In this document: positions 19,609-29,713 of the stretch, piece after piece
How the letters are laid out: the number at the start of each line of letters is the position of its first letter
How positions within the stretch are numbered: position 1 is the first letter of the stretch
Assembly: GCA_030018355.1 (NCBI GenBank)
Contig: JASEFN010000005.1
Span: forward strand, 3,712-67,711
Length of the DNA: 64,000 nt
Reading direction: 5' to 3'
Source of the DNA: Caldisericia bacterium
Lineage (GTDB): Bacteria; Caldisericota; Caldisericia; B22-G15
Made by a program: the position numbers and the translations under genes
The notes under the pieces: generated by a model
What the model was told of the DNA's origin: nothing
Seen by the model: the letters and a program-made list of their open reading frames with translations, nothing else
Databases searched by the model: none

Positions 19609-20257
19609 TTTCTTCCACTATTTTGACTGAAGATGATGTGCCAATTCTATTAGCACCAGATTTAATTAATTCAACAGCCTGCTCAAATGTTCTTATGCCT
19701 CCTGACGCTTTAACTCCAAAATTTTCTCCAACAACTTTTCTTATTAACTCAACATCCTCTTTTGTTGCTCCTCCTTGAGAGAAACCTGTTGAGGTTTTTA
19801 CAAAATCTGCACCTGCTGCTTTAACGATTGTAGAAGCAATTATTTTTTCTTCTATATTTAAAAGCGATGTTTCTATAATAACTTTAAGAATTTTATCTCC
19901 TATCTCATTTTTAATCGTGTTTATTTCATCATATATATACTTATAATTTTTTGATTTTAGATATCCAATATTAATAACCATATCTATTTCATCTGCTCCA
20001 TTTTTAATAGCCTCTTTTGCTTCAAAAATTTTCGTTTTAATAGTGGAATTACCTAATGGAAAACCAACAACTGTAGCAATTTTAATGTCATATCCATTAA
20101 GAATTTCTTTTACATAACTAACATAAACTGGTGCTACACATACAGCAAAAAACCCATATTTAATTGCTTCATCACATAGTCTTTTTATATCTAAAATTGT
20201 TCCTTCTGGCTTCAACAAAGTATGGTCTATAAATTTAACAATCTCTTTTTTTGTCAT
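19595..20257 (-). CDS. deoC: Deoxyribose-phosphate aldolase
   Basis: IDHTLLKP, GFPLG, KVIIET, FVKTSTG, VKASGGIR. Confidence 0.96.
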   Translation of the reverse strand: MTKKEIVKFIDHTLLKPEGTILDIKRLCDEAIKYGFFAVCVAPVYVSYVKEILNGYDIKIATVVGFPLGNSTIKTKIFEAKEAIKNGADEIDMVINIGYLKSKNYKYIYDEINTIKNEIGDKILKVIIETSLLNIEEKIIASTIVKAAGADFVKTSTGFSQGGATKEDVELIRKVVGENFGVKASGGIRTFEQAVELIKSGANRIGTSSSVKIVEENGNS

Positions 20258-21028
20258 TTAAAACCCCTTTACTTCATTAAATATCTCAATAATTTTTGAA
20301 AAAGCATCAACTCTTAAAGATGCGCCTCCAACAAGGAATCCATCTATTTCATCTTCATTTGCAAGCTCCTCCACATTTTCAATTCTTACACTTCCACCAT
20401 ATACAATTCTTATTTTTTGAGCAATTTCACCACCACCATACTTTTCAATTAATTCTCTAATAAATTTATGCATATCACTTGCTTCTTTGGGTGTAGCATT
20501 TACTCCAGTGCCAATCGCCCAAACAGGTTCATAAGCAATTATAATATTTTCAAGTGAGTTAAGTGGTATTTTTTTAAGATCATTTTTAAACTGATTTTCA
20601 ACTATCTCTTTTTCAATTCCTTTTTTTCTCTCTTCAAGAGTTTCGCCTAAACAGAGTACTGGTTTTAAACCATATTTAATTGCAGCAATAACTTTTTTGT
20701 TTATCATTTCATCTGTTTCACCAAAAATTTTTCTTCTTTCAGAATGACCAAGAATAACATATTCTACTCCAATCTCTTTCAACATTGTTGGTGAAATTTC
20801 GCCAGTATAGGCACCACTCTCTTCCCAATGCATATTTTGTGCCCCAAGATACATATGAGGTAATTCAAAAAAATCTTTTAAAAAATAGAGCAAAGTAAAA
20901 GGTGGAAAAATAACAATATCACTCCCCCTTAAAAGAGAAACACTTTTGTTTAGTGCGACAATTGTCTCTTTTGCATCATTCATGAGTTTGTTCATTTTCC
21001 AATTGCCACCAATCCAACCTCTACGCAT
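20258..21028 (-). CDS. tpiA: Triosephosphate isomerase
   Basis: GNWKMN, GHSERR, AYEPVWAIGTG, YGGSV, VGGASL. Confidence 0.97.
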   Translation of the reverse strand: MRRGWIGGNWKMNKLMNDAKETIVALNKSVSLLRGSDIVIFPPFTLLYFLKDFFELPHMYLGAQNMHWEESGAYTGEISPTMLKEIGVEYVILGHSERRKIFGETDEMINKKVIAAIKYGLKPVLCLGETLEERKKGIEKEIVENQFKNDLKKIPLNSLENIIIAYEPVWAIGTGVNATPKEASDMHKFIRELIEKYGGGEIAQKIRIVYGGSVRIENVEELANEDEIDGFLVGGASLRVDAFSKIIEIFNEVKGF

Positions 21029-21047
21029 AAAAATACCTCCTCATCAA

Positions 21048-21452
21048 TTAAAGAAAGTTTTTTGAAAATGGATAAGGTAAAAGTTCCTCTAATTTGTAAA
21101 TCTTATATTCATCTCCATTTGAAAGAATTAATTTCAGGTCTGGAGAAAATTCCATCATAACCTGTCTACATATACCACATGGAGATGGAATATTTTTTTT
21201 ATCATTAACATAGACTGCTATAATTTCAAAATCTTTTTCCCCTTCAGAAATTGCTTTAAAAATTGCAACTCTTTCCGCACAAATTGTTGCACCAAAACTT
21301 GCATTTTCAATATTACAACCAGTGAATATTTTACCGTTTTTAGTTAAAAGAGAAGCCCCTACTTTATATCCAGAATATGGAGAATATGCTTTTTCACTTG
21401 CCTCTTTTGCAATGTTAACCATTTTTTGAATCAATCTCTTTGTTAGTTTCAT
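21048..21452 (-). CDS. cdd: Cytidine deaminase
   Basis: YSPYS, CAERVAI, PCGICRQ. Start ATG 21452 (alternative TTG 21464). Confidence 0.94.
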   Translation of the reverse strand: MKLTKRLIQKMVNIAKEASEKAYSPYSGYKVGASLLTKNGKIFTGCNIENASFGATICAERVAIFKAISEGEKDFEIIAVYVNDKKNIPSPCGICRQVMMEFSPDLKLILSNGDEYKIYKLEELLPYPFSKNFL

Positions 21453-22698
21453 CTTTTTTCTCAACCTTTATTTTAATAATTCTATTACCTTTTACTTCAA
21501 TTGCAATAAATTTCAAAGATTTATATTCAATAGATTCTCCTTTTACTGGAATATGGCCAACTAAATCTAAAAACAAACCTCCAAGTGTTTCATAATCTTC
21601 ATGAGGAAGTTCTATTCCAAGAATTTCTTCCGCGTCTTCAATTGAAATTTTAGCATCAAAAATTATCTCTTTCTCATTTAATTTTTTAAATGGAACTTCT
21701 TCTAAATCATATTCATCTTGAATTTCTCCAACAATTTCTTCTAATAAATCTTCCATTGTTACAATGCCCTCAAAACCACCAAACTCATCAACAACAATTG
21801 CCATATGTATTTTTTTCTTTTGCATCTCTTTAAAAAGTTCTGATGTTTTTTTAGTATCAGGAACAAAAATTGTTGGATGCAATAAATCTTTAATGTTTAT
21901 ATCTTTTTTATTGAATGTAACCTTTAATAAATCTTTTGCATGTAGAACTCCAATAATGTTATCAATATTCCCTTCGTATATTGGAATTCTTGAGTGTCCT
22001 GTTTTGTTAATTGTTTCTATTATATCTTCAATTTTTGTATCAACATGTAAGGCTACAACATCAACTCTTGGTATCATAACCTCATAAACAGGTTTATCTT
22101 GGAACTCAATAATACTCTCTATTAACTCTTTTTCTTCTTCCTCTATTGTTCCACTTTCACTGCTCATTGAAAGAAATATTTTAAGTTCCTCTTCATCAAA
22201 AGTTTTACTTTTTTTAAGATTTTTTCCAAAAATTTTTAAAATTTTTGAGATTATAGTGTTTATTATAAATGAAAATGGTCTTAAAATATAAGATACTAAT
22301 AATAAAAAGGGCTGTACTTTCAATATAAATGATTCTGGGTTATAAGTTGAAATTGTTTTAGGAAGAAGTTCAGCAAATATAACAATAACTATTGTCATTA
22401 TTATTGAAGAAAATACAGTGCTACCATATTTTATGTTTTTCAAAAAAATAGTATTTGCAATTGATGCAGCTAGAATATTTACAAAATTATTTCCAATAGT
22501 TATTGTGCTTATAAAATCTTCTGGTTTTTCTTTAAATTTTAGAATGATTTTTGCTCTTTTATCATTTTCATTTGCTCTTTTTCTTAATTTAATTTCATTT
22601 GAACCTATAAATGAAATTTCTGATGCTGAGAAAATATAAGATATAATTAATAAAATAAAAATTATAAATAAATTATAAACTAAATCAATACTATCCAA
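21415..22698 (-). CDS. Hemolysin/CorC family CNNM-CBS-CorC_HlyC protein
   Basis: SASEISF, AELLPK, MIPRVDV, HSRIPIY, VDEFGG.EGIVTMED; TTG start. Confidence 0.92.
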   Translation of the reverse strand: MDSIDLVYNLFIIFILLIISYIFSASEISFIGSNEIKLRKRANENDKRAKIILKFKEKPEDFISTITIGNNFVNILAASIANTIFLKNIKYGSTVFSSIIMTIVIVIFAELLPKTISTYNPESFILKVQPFLLLVSYILRPFSFIINTIISKILKIFGKNLKKSKTFDEEELKIFLSMSSESGTIEEEEKELIESIIEFQDKPVYEVMIPRVDVVALHVDTKIEDIIETINKTGHSRIPIYEGNIDNIIGVLHAKDLLKVTFNKKDINIKDLLHPTIFVPDTKKTSELFKEMQKKKIHMAIVVDEFGGFEGIVTMEDLLEEIVGEIQDEYDLEEVPFKKLNEKEIIFDAKISIEDAEEILGIELPHEDYETLGGLFLDLVGHIPVKGESIEYKSLKFIAIEVKGNRIIKIKVEKKDETNKEIDSKNG

Positions 22699-23154
22699 CT
22701 ACACATCACCTCTTTTTTTAATTATATCATTATTGTTACCTTTGATTAGAAAAGGAATTATAAGAATTACTATTGAAAAAATTATTGAGAAGAAATCAAT
22801 TTTTTTAATATACCTTAAAAATAAGCTTAATCCTAAAATTATAGAAAATATAGAAAAAAGTAAAACTCCTCCAGCAATTGTATCTTTTACTGCTTTTATT
22901 TTCTTATTGTAATCTTTTTCTATTTTATCACATAAAATTTCAAGAGCACTATTTATAAGTTCAGAGTAAAGAACAAGTGTTATTATTAAAAAAATAAAGA
23001 AAAGATAAATTTTATCAATTTTAAATTTTATAGAGAAATATATGACAATAATTGCAAATGATACTTGAATTCTAAAATTTCTTTCTCTTAAATATGTATT
23101 AATTAAACCTCTAAAGGCGTTTCTGAAACTATGTATTAGATTTTTGTTTTTCAT
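22699..23154 (-). CDS. dgkA: Diacylglycerol/undecaprenol kinase family
   Basis: SFRNAFRG...ERNFRI, ELINSALE, KD..AG. Confidence 0.85.
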   Translation of the reverse strand: MKNKNLIHSFRNAFRGLINTYLRERNFRIQVSFAIIVIYFSIKFKIDKIYLFFIFLIITLVLYSELINSALEILCDKIEKDYNKKIKAVKDTIAGGVLLFSIFSIILGLSLFLRYIKKIDFFSIIFSIVILIIPFLIKGNNNDIIKKRGDV

Positions 23155-23542
23155 AATATTTAAAATATTCCTCTTCTTTTTTTCTCATAATTTCTCTTTC
23201 TTTTCTTTTCATATGATCAAAACCTAAAAGATGAAGAAGTCCATGTATATAGAGTTTTAAAAAACTCTCGCCTCTTTTTTCAACATTATAGTTTGAAATT
23301 ATAATTTCACCCTTAAGAATTGGGGAATTTTCATAAATAAAAGATAAAACATTAGTTGTACGATCAAGGTTTCTAAATCTTTTATTTAATTCTCTCAGAT
23401 CTTCTTTATTTAAATATGCAAGAGAAATTTCAAATTTTTTGTAGCCCTCTTTTTTAACAATCTCCTCTGTTAACCTTCTTAAAAACTCTCTGTTAATAGG
23501 TATTTTACTTTTTTTCTCGTATATCTCTATCTTTGAATACAT
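23129..23542 (-). CDS. ybeY: rRNA maturation endoribonuclease YbeY
   Basis: LNKRFR..D..TNVLSF, HGLLHLLGFDH. Confidence 0.93.
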   Translation of the reverse strand: MYSKIEIYEKKSKIPINREFLRRLTEEIVKKEGYKKFEISLAYLNKEDLRELNKRFRNLDRTTNVLSFIYENSPILKGEIIISNYNVEKRGESFLKLYIHGLLHLLGFDHMKRKEREIMRKKEEEYFKYYEKQKSNT

Positions 23543-25541
23543 AACTTATCCTTTCATGATACATCGATGTTAATGTTTTTATAAAAGCCTCTTTTATTTT
23601 TAAAATGTCTTTAAATGATAGATTTGAATTATTAAGTTGACCATCAGAAATTTTTGAGTCAATTACATCATTAACAAAGTCTGAAAAATTTTCACTCTCA
23701 ATTTTTTCTCCTCTAACAGAAGCCTCAACTGCATCTGCTAACATTATAATTCCAGTTATTTTGGAGGATGGAATTGGACCAGGGTATCTAAAACTTGATT
23801 CATTTGTGTTAGGATCAATTTGTTTTGCTTTAGAATAAAAATAACTAACAAGAGTTGTTCCATGATGTTCTTTTATAGCATCAACAACAATTTTTGGTAA
23901 ATTGTATTTTTTTGAAAGTTCTACACCAACTCGAACATGAGAGATAATAATTAAAGCTGAAAGAGTAGGAGAAATTGAATCGTGAGGGTTAAAGTTTGGG
24001 TTGTTTTCAATAAAAAAGTCAGGTCTTTCCATTTTTCCAATATCGTGATAGTAAGCACAAACTTTGGCAAGTAGAGGATCTTCTCCAATCGCATCTGCTG
24101 CAATTTGAGCCAAAGTGCTCACATTTAATGAATGTTGATAACTTCCAGGTGCTTTTTCTATAAATTCTTTTAAAAGAGGATTGTTTATATTTAGGAGTTC
24201 AACAAGCCCGATTGGAGTATGTATTGAAAGAATTTTTTCTAAATATGGCACAAGAACCAATAGCAACAAAATTGAAATTATTGGATTTAAAATAATATAA
24301 ATAGAATTCAACAAATAGGATGAAATTACAAAATTTCTATTTATTAATTCAGTTGATATATAAATTAATAAAAACACAAAACTTAAATTAGACCCAATTT
24401 TTAAGAAATCAGTAATATTTATTATTTTCTTTGTTTTTAATGAAAAAATTATTGATGCAAACAAAATTAATGTTATTAAAAGAAATTTATCATTAAAATT
24501 GATTACATAAAAAGCAATCACAGGTAAAAGTATTGTTATTGAAGTTAAAAGATCAAAGAATAAAATAGTCAAATTAGAAATTAAATAAATTGGTAAAATA
24601 TTAACATTTTTAATTAACTTTCCAAGAAGCATTGATACAAAAAGTATTATAATTATAAAAATCTTTTCTTTTAATCCAAAAGATTTATTTAAATTAAGAA
24701 CATTATGAATAATAATTGATAATATTATTGATAGGAAAAGCATAAAAATAATAATTATAAAATCTTTCGATGTAAATAAAAGGTTATAATTTTTTAATAT
24801 TTTTATTTCATTATCAGTAATAACGGTTCCCTTTGAAAAAATTGTATCACCTTTCTTTATAAATTTTTTAATAGGTTTAATATTTTTTATTACTTCTTCC
24901 CTTTTTTTGTTTGTTAACTCTTCATTTACTATTAAATTTGGTTTTAAAATTGTCTTTAAAATTGTTAAAATTATCTTTTTTTCATTAGAAGATATCTCTT
25001 TATCTTTAACCATTAAATCAATTTTGTTTTCGATATTTATTAAATCGTTTTCTTTTAAACCAGTTTGAAGTAAATTAGATGTTATTAAAATGATATTTTC
25101 TTTAAATTTTGAAAAATCTGAAACAGATATTGATTTAATCTCTTTAATAGTTTCAAGATCTAATGTTATTCCATAATTTTCAAAAAGATTTTCAAGAGAA
25201 TCGTTTTGATTATTTCTATAATTTTCAAGCAATTCAATAATTTTTTTTATGTTATTAAATATTTCTTTATCAACTTCTGGTTTATACTCATAATATATAG
25301 GAACACTTTCTAATGCCTTTTCAATCTCTTTATTTGTTTCATCTTGATCAATAACTTCTATATCTTTTGGTGAAATTAAATCTTTATTTAACTTAATACC
25401 TTTTCTAACGAATATATACGGTGGTATAAAAGAATAAAATAGAAATGAAAAAAAAATTAAAGTTAAGATTAATTTTAAAATAAAATCTTCTTTTTTAAAT
25501 TTAAGATTTATTTTTTTTCTTAATATTTTCGAAATTTTCAT
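23505..25541 (-). CDS. 7TM-HDIG phosphohydrolase (PgpH-like c-di-AMP phosphodiesterase)
   Basis: Extracellular 7TMR-HDED region, TM helices, APGSYQHS, YHDIGK, EHHGT, LADAVEA; start uncertain (25541 or 25550). Confidence 0.88.
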   Translation of the reverse strand: MKISKILRKKINLKFKKEDFILKLILTLIFFSFLFYSFIPPYIFVRKGIKLNKDLISPKDIEVIDQDETNKEIEKALESVPIYYEYKPEVDKEIFNNIKKIIELLENYRNNQNDSLENLFENYGITLDLETIKEIKSISVSDFSKFKENIILITSNLLQTGLKENDLINIENKIDLMVKDKEISSNEKKIILTILKTILKPNLIVNEELTNKKREEVIKNIKPIKKFIKKGDTIFSKGTVITDNEIKILKNYNLLFTSKDFIIIIFMLFLSIILSIIIHNVLNLNKSFGLKEKIFIIIILFVSMLLGKLIKNVNILPIYLISNLTILFFDLLTSITILLPVIAFYVINFNDKFLLITLILFASIIFSLKTKKIINITDFLKIGSNLSFVFLLIYISTELINRNFVISSYLLNSIYIILNPIISILLLLVLVPYLEKILSIHTPIGLVELLNINNPLLKEFIEKAPGSYQHSLNVSTLAQIAADAIGEDPLLAKVCAYYHDIGKMERPDFFIENNPNFNPHDSISPTLSALIIISHVRVGVELSKKYNLPKIVVDAIKEHHGTTLVSYFYSKAKQIDPNTNESSFRYPGPIPSSKITGIIMLADAVEASVRGEKIESENFSDFVNDVIDSKISDGQLNNSNLSFKDILKIKEAFIKTLTSMYHERISYVFKDRDIREKK

Positions 25542-26493
25542 ATGCTTCAACTATTTTTTGTACAATTGGATTTCTTACAATATCAACTTTATTTAATTCA
25601 ACAATTCCAATATCCTCAATATTTTTAAGAATTTTAATTGCTTTAACTAAACCGGATTCTTTTGGATTTTCTATATCTATTTGAGTTATATCACCAGTAA
25701 TAACAACTTTGGAATTAAATCCCATTCTTGTAAGAAACATTTTCATTTGGGAATAAGTTGTATTTTGTGCTTCATCAAGAATAATAAAAGAATCATTTAA
25801 AGTTCTACCTCTCATATAAGCAAGTGGCGCTATCTCAATTATGTTATTTTCAATTAATCTTGTAACTTTCTCAACCTCAATTAAATCATAAAGAGCATCA
25901 TATAATGGTCTAAAATGTGGGTCAACTTTTTCAAGGAAAGTTCCAGGAAGAAAACCAAGTTTTTCACCTGCTTCCACAACAGGTTTTGTAAGAATTATTC
26001 TTTCAACTTTTTTATCAAAAAGGTAAGCCAATGCAGAGGCTATTGCGAGATATGTTTTTCCAGAACCAGCAGGTCCAATACAGAAAACAAGATCTTTTTT
26101 TCTTATCATTTCAATATATTTTTTTTGATTTTCACTTTTTGGTTTTACCTTCTTTCCTTTACTTGATACAAAAACAACATCAACAAAGAATTCTCTCGTT
26201 ATTCTATAACTTTTATCTTTAATTGAATTAATGCTTTTTCTTAGTTCATCTTTTGTAAGTAGAATATTTTTGTTCCTTTTAATATCAAAAATATCTTTTA
26301 TAAATTGGTCAAGATCATCGGGAATATTTTCAGATGAATATAATTTAAGTCCCTCTCTTGTTATTTTTATCCTTAAGTTAAAATTCTTCTCAAGTTCTTT
26401 TATTAAATCTGTATAATAACCTAAAAAGGTTACTGCCTCTTCTTCATTAATAAAAGGATAAAAACCTTTTTCTTTTAATTCAGAGGATTCTAT
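25501..26493 (-). CDS. phoH: PhoH family protein (full length needs a non-canonical start)
   Basis: GPAGSGKT, LGFLPG, LAYMRGRTL, LDEAQN. Frame is open 128 codons upstream of the track ATG (26109), up to TAA-CTT-ATA behind AGGAGG (26503-26508). Confidence 0.88.
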   Translation of the reverse strand: MESSELKEKGFYPFINEEEAVTFLGYYTDLIKELEKNFNLRIKITREGLKLYSSENIPDDLDQFIKDIFDIKRNKNILLTKDELRKSINSIKDKSYRITREFFVDVVFVSSKGKKVKPKSENQKKYIEMIRKKDLVFCIGPAGSGKTYLAIASALAYLFDKKVERIILTKPVVEAGEKLGFLPGTFLEKVDPHFRPLYDALYDLIEVEKVTRLIENNIIEIAPLAYMRGRTLNDSFIILDEAQNTTYSQMKMFLTRMGFNSKVVITGDITQIDIENPKESGLVKAIKILKNIEDIGIVELNKVDIVRNPIVQKIVEAYENFENIKKKNKS

Positions 26494-26512
26494 AAGTTAA
26501 CACCTCCTCAAA

Positions 26513-26674
26513 TTATTTCTTTTTTCCTTTTCTTTTTCTTCTTTCAACTGATGGTGGTATGAAAAATTCTCTCTTTTTAATTTCAGAAAGTATTGCCTCT
26601 CTTTCACATTCTTTCTTAAATCTCTTTATTAAACTATCAAGATCCTCACCTTCACGTCTATATACTGCTGGCAT
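26513..26674 (-). CDS. rpsU: 30S ribosomal protein S21
   Basis: Not in ORF track; MPAVYRREGEDLDSLIKRFKKECEREAILSEIKKREFFIPPSVERRKRKGKKK; SD AGGAGG; follows mtaB. Confidence 0.93.
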   Translation of the reverse strand: MPAVYRREGEDLDSLIKRFKKECEREAILSEIKKREFFIPPSVERRKRKGKKK

Positions 26675-27959
26675 TATTAGTTCTCACCTCCTTTTCTATT
26701 GGAACTCCATAATAGAATTCAGAAATAACTATACCATATTCTACAAAATTTTTTGAATTTTGTAAATATATTTTATAGAATTTATTTTTTTCAAATTCCT
26801 TATCTATAAAAACCCTGATGTAATTTTCTGTAAAACCAAAAAGTTTATCTTCTTTTTTTGTCTCACCTAAAAATACAAGTTCTTTATTTACAAATCTATT
26901 TAATACTTTATTGGAAACTTCCTTTGCAATTTTTTTAATTATTTTTATTCTCTCTTTTATTATTTCTTCATTTAATTTCTTATCTCTCAAATATTTTGAA
27001 GCAAATGTACCCTCTCTTTCTGAATATGGAAAAATATGACATTTCAAAAATTCAACTTTTTTAATAACATCTATAGTTTCATAAAAATCATCTTCATTTT
27101 CATCTGGAAATCCAACAATAATATCAGTTGTAATAGTAGAATTTTTAACACTCTCTTTAAATTTAAATGCCCTATCTAAATAATAATTTTTGTCATATCT
27201 TCTTCTCATTAAATTTAAAATTTTATTACTTCCACTTTGAAGAGGAAGATGTATGTGAGGACATAATTTCTCATTTTGGCAAAAAAATTGAATTAACTCA
27301 TCACTTAAAAATTCAGGATCTATTGAGGATAATCTTATTCTAAAATCATAAGGATAACTTAAAAGTTCTTGTAATAATTTAATCAGGTTTTTATTTATAT
27401 CAATACCGTAAAAACCAAGTTCTGTTCCAGATAAAACAATTTCCTTATAACCATTTTTTAATAAATTTAAAAATTCTTCTTTAATAACATCAATATCCTT
27501 TGATCTTGCACTGCCTCTTAAATAAGGAACAATACAATATGAACAAAATTTATTACAACCTTCTTCAATTTTTAAAAATGCCCGGGTTCTATCTTCAAAA
27601 AATGAAATTGTTTGTTTAGTTTTGCTTTTTTCCTTTTCCATGTTAAGAATTTCATAAATGAAATTTTTAATATCAATTTCATCTTTAAGTGGCAAATAAT
27701 AAACACCCTCTAATTTTTTATTTTCTTTAAAGCAACCTGTAATTATAACTACACCATAATTTTTAAATTTTTTTGCATATTTTAAAACTTCCTCTTCTGC
27801 TTTTTCTGTAACAATACAACTATTAATAATTATTAAATCTGCATTTTTATAATCTGTAACAGGTATAAAATTTTTATCAATAATTAGATTTTCTTTTATT
27901 AGTTGTGAATCATATTGATTTACTTTACACCCAAATGTTTTAATAAAAAATTTAATCAT
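26658..27959 (-). CDS. mtaB: tRNA t6A37 methylthiotransferase MtaB
   Basis: TFGCKVNQYDS, EGCNKFCSYC, HLPLQSGS; rsmE-mtaB-rpsU synteny. Confidence 0.92.
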   Translation of the reverse strand: MIKFFIKTFGCKVNQYDSQLIKENLIIDKNFIPVTDYKNADLIIINSCIVTEKAEEEVLKYAKKFKNYGVVIITGCFKENKKLEGVYYLPLKDEIDIKNFIYEILNMEKEKSKTKQTISFFEDRTRAFLKIEEGCNKFCSYCIVPYLRGSARSKDIDVIKEEFLNLLKNGYKEIVLSGTELGFYGIDINKNLIKLLQELLSYPYDFRIRLSSIDPEFLSDELIQFFCQNEKLCPHIHLPLQSGSNKILNLMRRRYDKNYYLDRAFKFKESVKNSTITTDIIVGFPDENEDDFYETIDVIKKVEFLKCHIFPYSEREGTFASKYLRDKKLNEEIIKERIKIIKKIAKEVSNKVLNRFVNKELVFLGETKKEDKLFGFTENYIRVFIDKEFEKNKFYKIYLQNSKNFVEYGIVISEFYYGVPIEKEVRTNNASSI

Positions 27960-28681
27960 TTTTTAAACTCTCTAAGTTTAAAGAGAAAAAGTGTAAGAAT
28001 TACAATTGGAGCAATTTCTGCTCTTAAAATTCTTTTACCAAGAGTTAAAGGTATAAAATCTTTTTTCTTTGCCATTTCTATCTCTTTTAAACTAAAACCT
28101 CCTTCATTTCCAACAATTAATACAATATCTTCGCACTCATTTATTTCTATATCATAAACGCTCTTTTCCTCTTCAAGTTCCCAAAAAATAAATTTATTTT
28201 TTGTTTTAAAATTTAGATTCAAAAACTCTTCAAATTTTATAGGAGCGTAAACTTCAGGAATTCTATCTCTTTTTGATACCTGAGCCTCCTCTTTTACAAT
28301 TTTTTTAAATCTAACTAATTTTTCATTTTTAAATATAAATTCAGTTCTTTCTGTTATTAGTGGATAAAAAGATCTTACACCAAGTTCTGTTCCAGTTTTT
28401 AAAATTGATTCAAACTTTTTCCCTTTTGGAATGGCTTGTGCAAAAATTATATTAACTTTTGGTTCACAACTATCTGCAACTCTTTCTTCAAATATTAATT
28501 TTGCTACTTTATCTTTTATTTCTATTATTCTTGAAATATATTTTTCACCCCTATCAACTACTACTAAAACTTTATCTCCCTCTTTTGCTCTTAGAACATT
28601 CACAAGATGATGAAAATCATCTTTATCAATTATAGCAATATTTCTTTTAACTCTATCTTTTGGAACAAAAAATTCATGCAC
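27956..28681 (-). CDS. rsmE: 16S rRNA m3U1498 methyltransferase
   Basis: HHLVNVLR, TELGV, VGNEGGFS, LGKRILRAE; GTG start. Confidence 0.94.
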   Translation of the reverse strand: MHEFFVPKDRVKRNIAIIDKDDFHHLVNVLRAKEGDKVLVVVDRGEKYISRIIEIKDKVAKLIFEERVADSCEPKVNIIFAQAIPKGKKFESILKTGTELGVRSFYPLITERTEFIFKNEKLVRFKKIVKEEAQVSKRDRIPEVYAPIKFEEFLNLNFKTKNKFIFWELEEEKSVYDIEINECEDIVLIVGNEGGFSLKEIEMAKKKDFIPLTLGKRILRAEIAPIVILTLFLFKLREFKK

Positions 28682-29697
28682 TATATTTTCTCCAACTTCT
28701 CTTTTATCTCTCTCGCATATTGTTTCAATATTTTGAAAAGATATTCAAAGTCAAATCTCTCTGGAGTAATAAAGCCAAGTCCAGCCTCAACATTGTCTTC
28801 TTTTAAATAAGGAAGATCAATTAATACACTTTTTTCTAATGTTAAATCTTTTATTTCGTTTCCAATTAGAATTAATAAATTTTTAAATTCTGTTAAAAAG
28901 TCAACAAGAGATAAAGCCTTTTCTTTTTCTTCAACAAATGCTATTAAAGTCTCAAGATCTTTTGATTTTTTAATATCCTCATAAGATAAAATATATTTTA
29001 AACCTTTTATATAAATATCACCTATTTCTCTCTTTTTCAATCTTTCTTTTAAAATTCTTTCAATTTCAATAATTAATTCTGGATAAACCCTTCTAATATT
29101 ATCTAAATATTTATAATTATCTTCTCTAATTGCTTTTAATATTTTATTTTTAATGTTAAAAAGTTCTTCATCAGGAATTTCTGTATCAGTTTTAATAATA
29201 TATTCTTCAACTTTATCTTCAAGTGCAATTATTAACAATATTTTCCCATATGAACAATTCATCAAATGTAAATTTAAAATTTTTTCATCTTTTGGAACTG
29301 AATAGAAAAAGAAAGATATTGAATTGGTTAAATTTGATAGTTTATTTAAGAAAAGATCTATAAAATCTTCACCAAGAATTGCAAATGACTTTTGAATATC
29401 TTTCTCAATTTTAAGGTTACTCATAACATTCATTTTTTCTATAATTTTATCAATATAAAATTTGATGCCCTTTTCTGTGGGAATTCTTCCAGATGAAGTA
29501 TGTATGTGGATAAGATAACCTTCTTCTTCAAATTCACTCAAATAATTTCTAACAGTCGCTGGAGAGATATCAAGAAAATATTTTTCAACAAGAGTTTTAG
29601 AACCTACTGGCAAACCAGTATCTAAATACTCTTTAATTGTTAATAATAAAATTGTCTCTTTTTTATCTTTAATTAGTTTTTCTTTTAAGTCTTTCAT
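28681..29697 (-). CDS. hrcA: Heat-inducible transcription repressor HrcA
   Basis: PVGSKTL, SPATVRN, HTSSGRIPT winged-HTH. Confidence 0.9.
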   Translation of the reverse strand: MKDLKEKLIKDKKETILLLTIKEYLDTGLPVGSKTLVEKYFLDISPATVRNYLSEFEEEGYLIHIHTSSGRIPTEKGIKFYIDKIIEKMNVMSNLKIEKDIQKSFAILGEDFIDLFLNKLSNLTNSISFFFYSVPKDEKILNLHLMNCSYGKILLIIALEDKVEEYIIKTDTEIPDEELFNIKNKILKAIREDNYKYLDNIRRVYPELIIEIERILKERLKKREIGDIYIKGLKYILSYEDIKKSKDLETLIAFVEEKEKALSLVDFLTEFKNLLILIGNEIKDLTLEKSVLIDLPYLKEDNVEAGLGFITPERFDFEYLFKILKQYAREIKEKLEKI

Positions 29698-29704
29698 CAA
29701 TTAA

Positions 29705-29713
29705 ATTATATCA
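29705..29713 (-). promoter_or_regulatory. Extended -10 element for a probably leaderless hrcA transcript
   Basis: TGATATAAT overlapping the hemW stop, 7 nt before ATG 29697; no SD. Confidence 0.6.
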
